From: Eledone cirrhosa
Taxonomy: Eukaryota
Length of the DNA: 64,000 bases
Assembly (NCBI GenBank): GCA_964016885.1
Contig: OZ024741.1
Span: 260,896,001-260,960,000 of the forward strand
Direction: 5' to 3'
In this document: one piece after another, positions 39,294 to 53,809 of the stretch
How positions within the stretch are numbered: position 1 is the stretch's first letter
Layout of the letters: each line of letters begins with the position of its first letter
Position numbers and translations under genes: made by a program
Notes under the pieces: generated by a model
The model's input: only the letters and a program-made list of their open reading frames with translations
What the model was told of the DNA's origin: nothing
Databases searched by the model: none

Positions 39294-40861
39294 GTTTCGC
39301 TTTACGAGTGTTTCGGCGTACGAGTGTTTCGACTTACGAGTGTTTTAACATACGGTTGTTTCGACTTACCCGTTTTTCGACTACGAATGTTCCGACTTAC
39401 GAGTGTTTCGACTTACGAGTGTTTCGACTTGCGAGCGTTTCGACTTACGAGTGTTTCGGCTTACGAGTGTTTCGGTGTTTCGGCTTACGTGTGTTTCGAC
39501 TTACGAGTGTTTCGACTTACGAGTGTTTCGGCTTATGAGTGTTTCGACTTACGAGTATTTCGGCTTACGAGTGTTTCGACGTACGAATGTTTTGGCATAC
39601 GAGTGTTTCGGCTTATGAGTGTTTCGGCTTACGAGTGTTTCGACTTACGAGTGTTTCGGCTTACGAGTGTTTCAGTGTTTCGGCTTACGTGTGTTTCGAC
39701 TTACGAGTGTTTCGACTTACGACTGTTTCGGCTTACGAGTGTTTCGGCTTACGAGTGTTTTGACTTACGAGTGTTTTGACTTACGATTGTTTGGCCTACG
39801 AGTGTTCTGACTTACGGGTGTTCTGACTTACGAGTGTTCCGACTTACGAGTGTTTCGGCTTATGAGGGTTTCGACTTACGAGTGCTTCGGCTTACGAGTG
39901 TTTCGACTTACGAGTGTTTGGAATTACGAGTGTTTCGACTTACGAGTGTTTTGACTTACGAGTGTTTTGACTTACGGTGTTTCTGCTTACGAGTGTTTCG
40001 ACTTACGAGTGTTATGACTTACGGGTGTTTTGACATACGAGTGTTTCGATACGAGTGTTCTGACTTACGAGTGTTCTGACTTACGAGTGTTCTGACTTAC
40101 GAGTGTTTCGACATACGAGTGTTTTGGCTTACGGGTGTTTCGACTTACGAGTGTTTTGACTTACGAATGTTTTGACTTACGGGTGTTTCGGCTTACGAGT
40201 GTTTCGACTTACGAGCGTTTCGGCTTACGAGTGTTTCGACTTACTAATGTTTTTACTTACGAGTGTTTCGGCGTACGAGAGTTTTGACTTACGAGTGTTT
40301 CGACTTACGAGTGTTTCGACTTACGAGTATTTTGACTTACGAATGTTTTGACTTACGGGTGTTTCGGCTTACGAGTGTTTCGACTTACGAGTCTTTCGGC
40401 TTACGAGTGTTTCGACTTACTAATGTTTTTACTTACGAGTGTTTCGGCGTACGAGTGTTTCGACTTACGAGTGTTTTGACTTACGGGTGTTTTGACTTAC
40501 GGGTGTTTCGGCTTACGAGTGTTTTGACTTACGAGTGTTTTGACTTAAGGGTGTTTCGACTTACGAGTATTTTTGGCCTACGAGTGTTTCGACTTACGAG
40601 TGTTTTGACCTACGGTGTTTCGGCTTACGAGTGTTTCGACATACGAGTGTTTTGACGTACGGGTGTTTCGACTTACGGGTGTTTCGACTTAAGAGTGTTT
40701 CGACTTACGAGCGCTTCGACTTACGAGTGTTTCGGCTTACGAGTGTTTCGGCGTATGAGTGTTTCGACTTACGAGTCTTTCAGCTTACGAGTGTTTCGAC
40801 TTACTAATGTTTTTACTTACGAGTGTTTCGGCGTACGAGTGTTTCGACTTACGAGTGTTTC

Positions 40862-43800
40862 GACTTACGGGTGTTTTGACTTACGGGTATTTCGGCTTAC
40901 GAGTGTTTCGACTTACGATTGTTTGGCTTACGAATGTTTCGGCTTACGAGTGTTTCGACTTACGAGAGTTTTGACTTACGGTGTTTCGGCTTACGAGTGT
41001 TTCGACTTACGAGTGTTTTGACTTACGGGTGTTTTGACATACGAGTGTTTCGATACGAGTGTTCTGACTTACGAGTGTTCTGACTTACGAGTGTTCTGAC
41101 TTACGGGTGTTCTGACTTACGAGTGTTCCGACTTACGAGTGTTTCGGCTTATGAGGGTTTCGACTTACGAGTGCTTCGGCTTACGAGTGTTTCGACTTAC
41201 GAGTGTTTCGGCTTACGAGTGTTTCGACTTACGAATGTTTTGGCTTACGAGTGTTTCGGCTTACGAGTGTTTCGACTTACGAGTGTTTCGACTTACGAGT
41301 GTTTTGACTTACGGTGTTTCGGCTTACGAGTGTTTCGACATACGAGTGTTTTGACGTACGGGTGTTTCGACTTACGGGTGTTTCGACTTAAGAGTGTTTC
41401 GACTTACGAGCGCTTCGACTTACGAGTGTTTCGGCTTACGAGTGTTTCGGCGTATGAGAGTTTTGACTTACGAGTGTTTCGACTTACGAGTGTTTCGACT
41501 TACGAGTGTTTCGACTTACGAGTGTTTCGACTTACGAGTGTTTTGACTTACGAGTGTTTTGACTAACGGTGTTTCTGCTTACGAGTGTTTCGACTTACGA
41601 GTGTTATGACTTACGGGTGTTTTGACATACGAGTGTTTCGATACGAGTGTTTCGACTTACGAGTGTTTCGAGTTACGAGTGTTTCGACTTACGAGTGTTT
41701 TTACTTACGAATGTTCTGACTTACGGGTGTTTCGGCTTACGAGTGTTTCGACTTACGAGTGTTTTAACTTACGGGTGTTTCTACTTACGCGTGTTTCGAC
41801 TTGCAAGTGTTTCGACTTACGAGTGTTTCGACTTGCAAGTGTTTCGACTTACGAGTGTTCGACCACGAATGATCCGACTTACGAGTGTTTCGACTTACGA
41901 GTGTTTCGACTTACGAGTGTTCTGACTTACGGGTGTTCCGACTTACGAGTGTTTCGGCTTACGATTGTTTTGACTTACGATTGTTTTGGCTTACGAATGT
42001 TTCGACTTACGAGTGTTTCGACTTACGAGTGTTTTGACTTACGAGTGTTTTGTCTTACGGGTGTTTTGACATACGAGTGTTTCGATACGAGTGTTCTGAC
42101 TTACGAGTGTTCTGACTTACGAGTGTTCTGACTTACGAGTGTTCTGACTTACGAGTGTTCTGACTTACGGGTGTTCTGACTTACGAGTGTTCCGACTTAC
42201 GAGTGATTCGGCTTAAGAGGGTTTCGACTTACGAGTGCTTCGGCTTACGAGTGTTTCGACCTACGAGTGTTTCGGCTTACGAGTGTTTTGACGTACGAAT
42301 GTTTTGGCTTACGCGTGTTTCGGCTTACGAGTGTTTCGAATTACGAGTGTTTCGACTTACGAGTGTTTTGACTTACGGTGTTTCGGCTTACGAGTGTTTC
42401 GACTCACGAGAGTTTTAACTTACGGGTGTTTCGACTTACGCGTGTTTCGACTTACGAATGTTCCGACTTACGAGTGTTTCGACTTACGAGTGTTTCGGCG
42501 TACGAGTGTTTCGACTTACGAGTGTTTTGACTTACGTGTGTTTCGGCTTACGAGTGTTTTGACTTACGAGTGTTTTGACTTACGGGTGTTTCGGCTTACG
42601 AGTGTTTCGACTTACGAGTGTTCTGACTTACGAGTGTTCCGACTTACCAGCGTTCCGACTTACGAGTGTTTCGGCTTACGAGTGTTCCGACTTACGAGTG
42701 TTTCGACTTACGAGTGTTTTGACTTACGGTGTTTCGGCTTACGAGTGTTTTGACTTACGAGTGTTTTGACTTACGGGTGTTTTGACATACGAGTGTTTCG
42801 ATACGAGTGTTCTGACTTACGAGTGTTCTGACTTACGAGCGTTCTGACTTACGAGTGTTCTGACTTACGAGTGGTCTGACTTACGGGTGTTCTTACTTAC
42901 GAGTGTTCCGACTTACGAGTGTTTCAGCTTATGAGTGTTTCGACTTACGAGTGCTTCGGTTTACGAGTGTTTCGACTTACGAGTGTTTCGACTTACGAGT
43001 GTTTTGACTTACGAGTGTTTTGACTAACGGTGTTTCTGCTTTCGAGTGTTTCGACTTACGAGTGTTATGACTTACGGGTGTTTTGACATACGAGTGTTTC
43101 GATACGAGTGTTTCGACTTACGAGTGTTACGAGTGTTCTGACCTACGAGTGTTTCGACTTACGAGTGTTCTGACCTACGAGTGTTCTGACTTACGAGTGT
43201 TTCGACTTACGAGTGTTTTGACTTACGGGTGTTTCGACTTACGAGTGTTTCGAGTTACGAGTGTTTCGAGTTACGAGTGTTTCGACTTACGAGTGTTTTT
43301 ACTTACGAATGTTCTGACTTACGGGTGTTTCGGCTTACGAGTGTTTCGACTTACGAGTGTTTTACCTTACGGGTGTTTCTACTTACGCGTGTTTCGACTT
43401 GCAAGTGTTTCGACTTACGAGTGTTTCGACCTGCAAGTGTTTCGACTTACGAGTGTTTCGACTACGAATGTTCCGACTTACGAGTGTTTCGACTTACGGG
43501 TGTTTTGACTTACGGGTATTTCGGCTTACGAGTGTTTCGACTTACGATTGTTTGGCTTACGAATGTTTCGGCTTACGAGTGTTTCGACTTACGAGAGTTT
43601 TGACTTACGGTGTTTCGGCTTACGAGTGTTTCGACTTACGAGTGTTTTGACTTACGGGTGTTTTGACATACGAGTGTTTCGATACGAGTGTTCTGACTTA
43701 CGAGTGTTCTGACTTACGAGTGTTCTGACTTACGGGTGTTCTGACTTACGAGTGTTCCGACTTACGAGTGTTTCGGCTTATGAGGGTTTCGACTTACGAG

Positions 43801-46120
43801 TGCTTCGGCTTACGAGTGTTTCGACTTACGAGTGTTTCGGCTTACGAGTGTTTCGACTTACGAATGTTTTGGCTTACGAGTGTTTCGGCTTACGAGTGTT
43901 TCGACTTACGAGTGTTTCGACTTACGAGTGTTTTGACTTACGGTGTTTCGGCTTACGAGTGTTTCGACATACGAGTGTTTTGACGTACGGGTGTTTCGAC
44001 TTACGGGTGTTTCGACTTAAGAGTGTTTCGACTTACGAGCGCTTCGACTTACGAGTGTTTCGGCTTACGAGTGTTTCGGCGTATGAGAGTTTTGACTTAC
44101 GAGTGTTTCGACTTACGAGTGTTTCGACTTACGAGTGTTTCGACTTACGAGTGTTTCGACTTACGAGTGTTTTGACTTACGAGTGTTTTGACTAACGGTG
44201 TTTCTGCTTACGAGTGTTTCGACTTACGAGTGTTATGACTTACGGGTGTTTTGACATACGAGTGTTTCGATACGAGTGTTTCGACTTACGAGTGTTTCGA
44301 GTTACGAGTGTTTCGACTTACGAGTGTTTTTACTTACGAATGTTCTGACTTACGGGTGTTTCGGCTTACGAGTGTTTCGACTTACGAGTGTTTTAACTTA
44401 CGGGTGTTTCTACTTACGCGTGTTTCGACTTGCAAGTGTTTCGACTTACGAGTGTTTCGACTTGCAAGTGTTTCGACTTACGAGTGTTTCGACCACGAAT
44501 GATCCGACTTACGAGTGTTTCGACTTACGAGTGTTTCGACTTACGAGTGTTCTGACTTACGGGTGTTCCGACTTACGAGTGTTTCGGCTTACGATTGTTT
44601 TGACTTACGATTGTTTTGGCTTACGAATGTTTCGACTTACGAGTGTTTCGACTTACGAGTGTTTTGACTTACGAGTGTTTTGTCTTACGGGTGTTTTGAC
44701 ATACGAGTGTTTCGATACGAGTGTTCTGACTTACGAGTGTTCTGACTTACGAGTGTTCTGACTTACGAGTGTTCTGACTTACGAGTGTTCTGACTTACGG
44801 GTGTTCTGACTTACGAGTGTTCCGACTTACGAGTGATTCGGCTTATGAGGGTTTCGACTTACGAGTGCTTCGGCTTACGAGTGTTTCGACCTACGAGTGT
44901 TTCGGCTTACGAGTGTTTTGACGTACGAATGTTTTGGCTTACGCGTGTTTCGGCTTACGAGTGTTTCGAATTACGAGTGTTTCGACTTACGAGTGTTTTG
45001 ACTTACGGTGTTTCGGCTTACGAGTGTTTCGACTCACGAGAGTTTTAACTTACGGGTGTTTCGACTTACGCGTGTTTCGACTTACGAATGTTCCGACTTA
45101 CGAGTGTTTCGACTTACGAGTGTTTCGGCGTACGAGTGTTTCGACTTACGAGTGTTTTGACTTACGTGTGTTTCGGCTTACGAGTGTTTTGACTTACGAG
45201 TGTTTTGACTTACGGGTGTTTCGGCTTACGAGTGTTTCGACTTACGAGTGTTCTGACTTACGAGTGTTCCGACTTACCAGCGTTCCGACTTACGAGTGTT
45301 TCGGCTTACGAGTGTTCCGACTTACGAGTGTTTCGACTTACGAGTGTTTTGACTTACGGTGTTTCGGCTTACGAGTGTTTTGACTTACGAGTGTTTTGAC
45401 TTACGGGTGTTTTGACATACGAGTGTTTCGATACGAGTGTTCTGACTTACGAGTGTTCTGACTTACGAGCGTTCTGACTTACGAGTGTTCTGACTTACGA
45501 GTGGTCTGACTTACGGGTGTTCTTACTTACGAGTGTTCCGACTTACGAGTGTTTCAGCTTATGAGTGTTTCGACTTACGAGTGCTTCGGTTTACGAGTGT
45601 TTCGACTTACGAGTGTTTCGACTTACGAGTGTTTTGACTTACGAGTGTTTTGACTAACGGTGTTTCTGCTTACGAGTGTTTCGACTTACGAGTGTTATGA
45701 CTTACGGGTGTTTTGACATACGAGTGTTTCGATACGAGTGTTTCGACTTACGAGTGTTACGAGTGTTCTGACTTACGAGTGTTTCGACTTACGAGTGTTC
45801 TGACCTACGAGTGTTCTGACTTACGAGTGTTTCGACTTACGAGTGTTTTGACTTACGGGTGTTTCGACTTACGAGTGTTTCGAGTTACGAGTGTTTCGAG
45901 TTACGAGTGTTTCGACTTACGAGTGTTTTTACTTACGAATGTTCTGACTTACGGGTGTTTCGGCTTACGAGTGTTTCGACTTACGAGTGTTTTACCTTAC
46001 GGGTGTTTCTACTTACGCGTGTTTCGACTTGCAAGTGTTTCGACTTACGAGTGTTTCGACCTGCAAGTGTTTCGACTTACGAGTGTTTCGACTACGAATG
46101 TTCCGACTTACGAGTGTTTC
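40862..46120 (+). repeat. Tandem duplication of a 2629/2630-bp insert-free unit
   Basis: ORF pairs 41123/43752, 41622/44251, 42203/44833, 43083/45713; 1-bp indel near 41858. Confidence 0.92.
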
Positions 46121-47817
46121 GACTTACGAGTGTTTCGACTTACGAGTGTTCTGACTTACGGGTGTTCCGACTTACGAGTGTTTCGTCTTACGATTGTTTT
46201 GACTTACGATTGTTTTGGCTTACGAATGTTTCGACTTACGAGTGTTTCGACTTCCGAGTGTTTTGACTTACGAGTGTTCTGACTACGAGTGTTCTGACTT
46301 ACGGGTGTTCTGACTTACGAGTGTTCCGACTTACGAGTGTTTCGGCGTATGAGTGTTTCGACTTACGGGCGTTTCGACTTACGGGTGTTTCGACTTACGA
46401 GTGTTTTGACTTACGAGTGTTCTGACTTACTAGTGTTCCGACTTACGACTGTTTCGACTTACGAGTGTTTTGACTTACGAGTGTTCCGACTTACGAGTGT
46501 TTTGGCTTACGGGTGTTTCGACGTACGAGTATTTTTGGCTTACGAGTGTTTCGACTTACGAGTGTTTTGAATTACGATTGTTTCGGCTTACGAGTGTTTC
46601 GACTTACGAGTATTTCGACTTACGAGTTTTTTTACTTACGGTGTTTCGGCTTACGAGTGTTTCGACTTACGAGTGTTTTGACTTACGGGTGTTTTGACAT
46701 ACGAGTGTTTCGAAACGAGTGCTCTGACTTACGAGTGTTCTGACTTACGAGTGTTCTGACTTACGAGTGTTCTGACTTACGGGTGTTCTGACTTACATGT
46801 GTTCCGACTTACGAGTGTTTCGGTTATGGGAGTTTCGACTTACGAGTGTTTCGACTTACGAATGTTTTGGCTTACGAGTGTTTTGGCGTACGAATGTTTC
46901 GACTTACGAATGTTTTGGCTTACGAGTGTTTCGGCTTACGGGTGTTTCGACTTACGAGTGTTTCGACTTACGAGTGTTTTGACTTACGGTGATTCTGCTT
47001 ACGAGTGTTTCGACTTACGAGTGTTTCGGCGTACGAGAGTTTTGACTTACGAGTGTTTCGACTTACGAGTGTTTCGGCTTACGAGTGTTTCGACTTACGA
47101 GTGTTTCGGCTTGCGAGTGTTTCGACTTACTAATGTTTTTACTTACGAGTTTTTCGGCGTACGAGTGTTTCGACTTACGAGTGTTTCGACTTACGGGTGT
47201 TTTGACTTAAGGGTGTTTCGACTTACAAGTGTTTAGACTTACGAGTGTTTCGACTTACGAGTGTTCTGACTTACGAGTGTTCTGATTTACGGATGTTTCG
47301 ACATACGAGTGTTTCGACTTACGAGTGTTTCGACTTACGAGTGTTTTGACTTACGAGTGTTTCGACTTACGAGTGTTCCGACTTACGGGTGTTTCGACTT
47401 ACGAGTGGTTTGGCTTACGGTGTTTCGGCCTACGAGTGTTTCGAGTTACGAGTGTTTTGACTTACGCGTGTTCTGACTTACGAGTGTTCTGACTTACGAG
47501 TGTTCTGACTTACGAGTGTTCTGATTTACGAGTGTTCCGACTTACGAGTGTTTCGGCTTACGAGTGTTTCGGCTTACGAGTGTTTCGACTTACGAGTGTT
47601 TCGACTTACGAGTGTTCCGACTTACGGGTGTTTCGACTTACGAGTGGTTTGGCTTACGGTGTTTCGGCCTACGAGTGTTTCGAGTTACGAGTGTTTTGAC
47701 TTACGCGTGTTTTGACATACGAGTGTTTCGATACGAGTGTTCTGACTTACGAGTGTTCCGACTTTACGAGTGTTTCGGCTCACGAGTGTTTCGGCTTACG
47801 AGTGTTTCGACTTACGA

Positions 47818-47886
47818 AAATAACAAATAGACGCGGTTTCAAATCTCTATGATTTTCAAATTCATTACATTAATCTTTATTTATAC
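47818..47886. repeat. 69-bp insert, copy 14, haplotype B
   Basis: Read directly; B-diagnostic CTCTATGA. Confidence 0.97.
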
Positions 47887-49111
47887 GTTTCGCTTTACGA
47901 GTGTTTCGACTTACGAGTGTTTCGACATACGAGTGTTTCGACTTCCGAATGTTTTTGCTTACGGGTGTTTCGACTTACGAATGTTTCGGCTTACGAGTGT
48001 TTCGGCTTACGAGTGTTCCGACTTAGGAGTGTTTCGGCTTACGAGTGTTTCCGGCTTACGAGTGTTTCGACTTACGAGTGTTTCGACTTTCGAGTGTTTT
48101 GACTTACGGTGTTTCGGCTTACGAGTCATTCGACTTACGAGTGTTTTGACTTACGGGTGTTTTGACTTACGGGTGTTGTGAATTACGAGTGTTCCGATTT
48201 ACGAGTGTTTTGACTTACGGTGTTTCGGCTTACGAGTGATTCGACTTACGAATGTTTTGACTTACGGGTGTTTCGGCTTGCGAGTGTTTCGACTTACGAG
48301 TGTTTCGGCTTATGAGTGTTTCGACTTACTAATGTTTTTACTTACGAGTGTTCTGACTTACGAGTGTTTCGAATTACGAGTGTTTCGGCGTACGAGTGTT
48401 TTGACTTACGAGTGTTTCGGCTTACGAGTGTTTCGACTTACGAGTGTTTCGGCTTGCGAGTGTTTCGACTTACTAATGTTTTTACTTACGAGTTTTTCGG
48501 CGTACGAGTGTTTCGACTTACGAGTGTTTCGACTTACGGGTGTTTTGACTTAAGGGTGTTTCGACTTACAAGTGTTTAGACTTACGAGTGTTTCGACTTA
48601 CGAGTGTTCTGACTTACGAGTGTTCTGATTTACGGATGTTTCGACATACGAGTGTTTCGACTTACGAGTGTTTCGACTTACGAGTGTTTTGACTTACGGG
48701 TGTTTTGACATACGAGTGTTTCGATACGAGTGTTTCGACTTACGAGTGTTCTGACTTACGAGTGTTCTGACTTACGAGTGTTCTGACTTACGAGTGTTCT
48801 GATTTACGAGTGTTCCGACTTACGAGTGTTTCGGCTTACGAGTGTTTCGGCTTACGAGTGTTTCGACTTACGAGTGTTTCGACTTACGAGTGTTCCGACT
48901 TACGGGTGTTTCGACTTACGAGTGGTTTGGCTTACGGTGTTTCGGCCTACGAGTGTTTCGAGTTACGAGTGTTTTGACTTACGCGTGTTTTGACATACGA
49001 GTGTTTCGATACGAGTGTTCTGACTTACGAGTGTTCTGACTTACGAGTGTTCCGACTTTACGAGTGTTTCGGCTCACGAGTGTTTCGGCTTACGAGTGTT
49101 TCGACTTACGA

Positions 49112-49180
49112 AAATAACAAATAGACGCGGTTTCAAATCTCTATGATTTTCAAATTCATTACATTAATCTTTATTTATAC
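49112..49180. repeat. 69-bp insert, copy 15, haplotype B
   Basis: 1294 bp after copy 14. Confidence 0.97.
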
Positions 49181-52100
49181 GTTTCGCTTTACGAGTGTTT
49201 CGACTTACGAGTGTTTCGACATACGAGTGTTTCGACTTCCGAATATTTTTGCTTACGGGTGTTTCGACTTACGAATGTTTCGGCTTACGAGTGTTTCGGC
49301 TTACGAGTGTTCCGACTTAGGAGTGTTTCGGCTTACGAGTGTTTCCGGCTTACGAGTGTTTCGACTTACGAGTGTTTCGACTTTCGAGTGTTTTGACTTA
49401 CGGGTGTTTTGACTTACGGGTGTTGTGAATTACCAGTGTTCCGATTTACGAGTGTTTTGACTTACGGTGTTTCGGCTTGCGAGTGTTTCGACTTACGAGT
49501 GTTTCGGCTTATGAGTGTTTCGACTTACTAATGTTTTTACTTACGAGTGTTTCGGCGTTCGAGTGTTTTGACTTACGAGTGTTTCGACTTACGAGTGTTT
49601 TGACATACGAATGTTTTGACTTACGGGTGTTTCGGCTTACGGGTGTTTCGACTTACGAGTGTTTCGACTTATGAGTGTTTCGACTTACGAGTGTTCTGAC
49701 TTACGAGTGTTCTGACTTACGAGTGTTCCGACTTACGAGTGTTTCGGTTTACGAGTGTTTCGACATACGAGTGTTTTGACTTACAGGTGTTTCGACTTAC
49801 GGGTGTTTCGACTTACGAGTGTTTCGGCTTACGAGTGTTTCGAATTACTAATGTCTTTACTTACGAGTGTTTCGGTGTACGAATGTTTTGACTTAAGGAT
49901 GTTTCGACTTACGAGTGTTTCGACTTACGAGTGTTTCGGCTTACGTGAGTTTCGACTTAAGAGTGTTCTGATTTACGAGTGTTCTGATTTGCGGGTGTTC
50001 TGATTTACGAGTGTTCCGACTTACGAGTGTTTCGGCTTATGAGGGTTTCGACTTACGAGTGTTTCGGCTTACGAGTGTTTCGACTTATGGGTGTTTCGAC
50101 TTACGAGTGTTTTTACTTACGGTGTTTCGGCTTACGAGTGTTTCGACATACGAGTGTTTTGACTTACGGGTGTTTTGGCTTATGAGAGTTTCGACTTACG
50201 AGTCTTGCGGCTTACGAGTGTTTCGACTTACTAATGTTTTTACTTACGAGTGTTTCGTCGTACGAGTGTTTCGACTTACGAGTGTTTCGACTTACGGGTG
50301 TTTTGACTTACGGGTGTTTCGGCTTACGAGTGTTTCGACTTACGAGTGTTTTGACTTACGAGTGTTCTGATTTACGGATGTTTCGACATACGAGTGTTTC
50401 GACTTACGAGTGTTTCGACTTATGAGTGTTTCGACTTACGAGTGTTTCGGCTTACGAGTGTTTCGACTTACGAGTGTTTTGTTTTACGGTGTTTCGGCTT
50501 ACGAGTGTTTCGACTTACGAGTGTTTGGACTTACGGGTGTTTTGACATACGAGTGTTTCGATACGAGTGTTCTGACTTACGAGTGTTCTGACTTACGAGT
50601 GTTTTGACTTACGAGTGTTCTGACTTACGAGTGTTCTGACTTACGAGTGTTTCGGCTTACGAGTGTTTCCGGCTTACGAGTGTTTCGACTTCCGAGTGTT
50701 TTGACTTACGGTGTTTCGGCTTACGAGTGATTCGACTTACGAGTGTTTTGACTTACGGGTGATTTGACGTACGGGTGTTGTAAATTACGAGTGTTCCGAT
50801 TTACGAGTGTTTTGAATTACGGTGTTTCGGCTTACGAGTGTTTCGACTTACGAGTGTTTCGGCTTATGGGAGTTTCGACTTACTAATGTTTTTACTTACG
50901 AGTGTTTCGACTTACGAGTGTTTCGACTTACGGGTGTTCCGACTTACGAGTGTTTCGACTTACGATTGTTTTTTTCACTTACGGGTGTTTCGACTTACGC
51001 GTGTTTCGATTTACGAGTGTTTAGACTTACGAGTGTTTCGACTACGAATGTTCCGACTTACGAGTGTTTCGACTTACGAGTGTTTCAACTTACGAGTGTT
51101 CCGACTTACGAGTGTTTCGGCTTACGATTATTTCGAGTTACGAGTGTTTCGGTTTACGAGTGTTTCGACTTACGGGTGTTTTGGCTTACGGTGTTTCGGC
51201 TTACGAGTGTTTTGACTTACGAGTGTTTTGACTTACGGGTGTTTTGACATACGAGTGTTTCGATACGAGTGTTCTGACTTACGAGTGTTCTGAATTACGA
51301 GTGTTCTGACTTACGAGTGTTCTGACTTACGAGTGGTCTGACTTACGGGTGTTCTGACTTACGAGTGTTCCGACTTACGAGTGTTTCAGCTTATGAGTGT
51401 TTCGACTTACGAGTGCTTCGGTTTACGAGTGTTTCGACTTACGAGTGTTTTGACTTATGGTGTTTCGGCTTACGAGTGATTCGACTTACGAGTGTTTTGA
51501 CTTACGGGTGTTTTGACTTACGGGTGTTGTGAATTACGAGTGTTCCGATTTACGAGTGTTTTGACTTACGGTGTTTCGGCTTACGAGTGATTCGACTTAC
51601 GAATGTTTTGACTTACGGGTGTTTCGGCTTGCGAGTGTTTCGACTTACGAGTGTTTCGGCTTATGAGTGTTTCGACTTACTAATGTTTTTACTTACGAGT
51701 GTTCTGACTTACGAGTGTTTCGAATTACGAGTGTTTCGGCGTACGAGTGTTTTGACTTACGAGTGTTTCGGCTTACGAGTGTTTCGACTTACGAGTGTTT
51801 CGGCTTGCGAGTGTTTCGACTTACTAATGTTTTTACTTACGAGTTTTTCGGCGTACGAGTGTTTCGACTTACGAGTGTTTCGACTTACGGGTGTTTTGAC
51901 TTAAGGGTGTTTCGACTTACAAGTGTTTAGACTTACGAGTGTTTCGACTTACGAGTGTTCTGACTTACGAGTGTTCTGATTTACGGATGTTTCGACATAC
52001 GAGTGTTTCGACTTACGAGTGTTTCGACTTACGAGTGTTTTGACTTACGGGTGTTTTGACATACGAGTGTTTCGATACGAGTGTTTCGACTTACGAGTGT

Positions 52101-52446
52101 TCTGACTTACGAGTGTTCTGACTTACGAGTGTTCTGACTTACGAGTGTTCTGATTTACGAGTGTTCCGACTTACGAGTGTTTCGGCTTACGAGTGTTTCG
52201 GCTTACGAGTGTTTCGACTTACGAGTGTTTCGACTTACGAGTGTTCCGACTTACGGGTGTTTCGACTTACGAGTGGTTTGGCTTACGGTGTTTCGGCCTA
52301 CGAGTGTTTCGAGTTACGAGTGTTTTGACTTACGCGTGTTTTGACATACGAGTGTTTCGATACGAGTGTTCTGACTTACGAGTGTTCCGACTTTACGAGT
52401 GTTTCGGCTCACGAGTGTTTCGGCTTACGAGTGTTTCGACTTACGA

Positions 52447-52515
52447 AAATAACAAATAGACGCGGTTTCAAATCTCTATGATTTTCAAATTCATTACATT
52501 AATCTTTATTTATAC
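52447..52515. repeat. 69-bp insert, copy 16, haplotype B
   Basis: Copy 14 + 4629 bp. Confidence 0.97.
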
Positions 52516-53740
52516 GTTTCGCTTTACGAGTGTTTCGACTTACGAGTGTTTCGACATACGAGTGTTTCGACTTCCGAATGTTTTTGCTTACGGGTGTTTC
52601 GACTTACGAATGTTTCGGCTTACGAGTGTTTCGGCTTACGAGTGTTCCGACTTAGGAGTGTTTCGGCTTACGAGTGTTTCCGGCTTACGAGTGTTTCGAC
52701 TTACGAGTGTTTCGACTTTCGAGTGTTTTGACTTACGGTGTTTCGGCTTACGAGTCATTCGACTTACGAGTGTTTTGACTTACGGGTGTTTTGACTTACG
52801 GGTGTTGTGAATTACGAGTGTTCCGATTTACGAGTGTTTTGACTTACGGTGTTTCGGCTTACGAGTGATTCGACTTACGAATGTTTTGACTTACGGGTGT
52901 TTCGGCTTGCGAGTGTTTCGACTTACGAGTGTTTCGGCTTATGAGTGTTTCGACTTACTAATGTTTTTACTTACGAGTGTTCTGACTTACGAGTGTTTCG
53001 AATTACGAGTGTTTCGGCGTACGAGTGTTTTGACTTACGAGTGTTTCGGCTTACGAGTGTTTCGACTTACGAGTGTTTCGGCTTGCGAGTGTTTCGACTT
53101 ACTAATGTTTTTACTTACGAGTTTTTCGGCGTACGAGTGTTTCGACTTACGAGTGTTTCGACTTACGGGTGTTTTGACTTAAGGGTGTTTCGACTTACAA
53201 GTGTTTAGACTTACGAGTGTTTCGACTTACGAGTGTTCTGACTTACGAGTGTTCTGATTTACGGATGTTTCGACATACGAGTGTTTCGACTTACGAGTGT
53301 TTCGACTTACGAGTGTTTTGACTTACGGGTGTTTTGACATACGAGTGTTTCGATACGAGTGTTTCGACTTACGAGTGTTCTGACTTACGAGTGTTCTGAC
53401 TTACGAGTGTTCTGACTTACGAGTGTTCTGATTTACGAGTGTTCCGACTTACGAGTGTTTCGGCTTACGAGTGTTTCGGCTTACGAGTGTTTCGACTTAC
53501 GAGTGTTTCGACTTACGAGTGTTCCGACTTACGGGTGTTTCGACTTACGAGTGGTTTGGCTTACGGTGTTTCGGCCTACGAGTGTTTCGAGTTACGAGTG
53601 TTTTGACTTACGCGTGTTTTGACATACGAGTGTTTCGATACGAGTGTTCTGACTTACGAGTGTTCTGACTTACGAGTGTTCCGACTTTACGAGTGTTTCG
53701 GCTCACGAGTGTTTCGGCTTACGAGTGTTTCGACTTACGA

Positions 53741-53809
53741 AAATAACAAATAGACGCGGTTTCAAATCTCTATGATTTTCAAATTCATTACATTAATCTT
53801 TATTTATAC
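53741..53809. repeat. 69-bp insert, copy 17, haplotype B
   Basis: 1294 bp after copy 16. Confidence 0.97.

Larger units (their letters stand above)
34245..40956 (+). repeat. Tandem duplication of a 3356-bp unit
   Basis: ORF pairs 34764/38120, 35661/39017, 37403/40759; inserts 10/12 and 11/13. Confidence 0.92.
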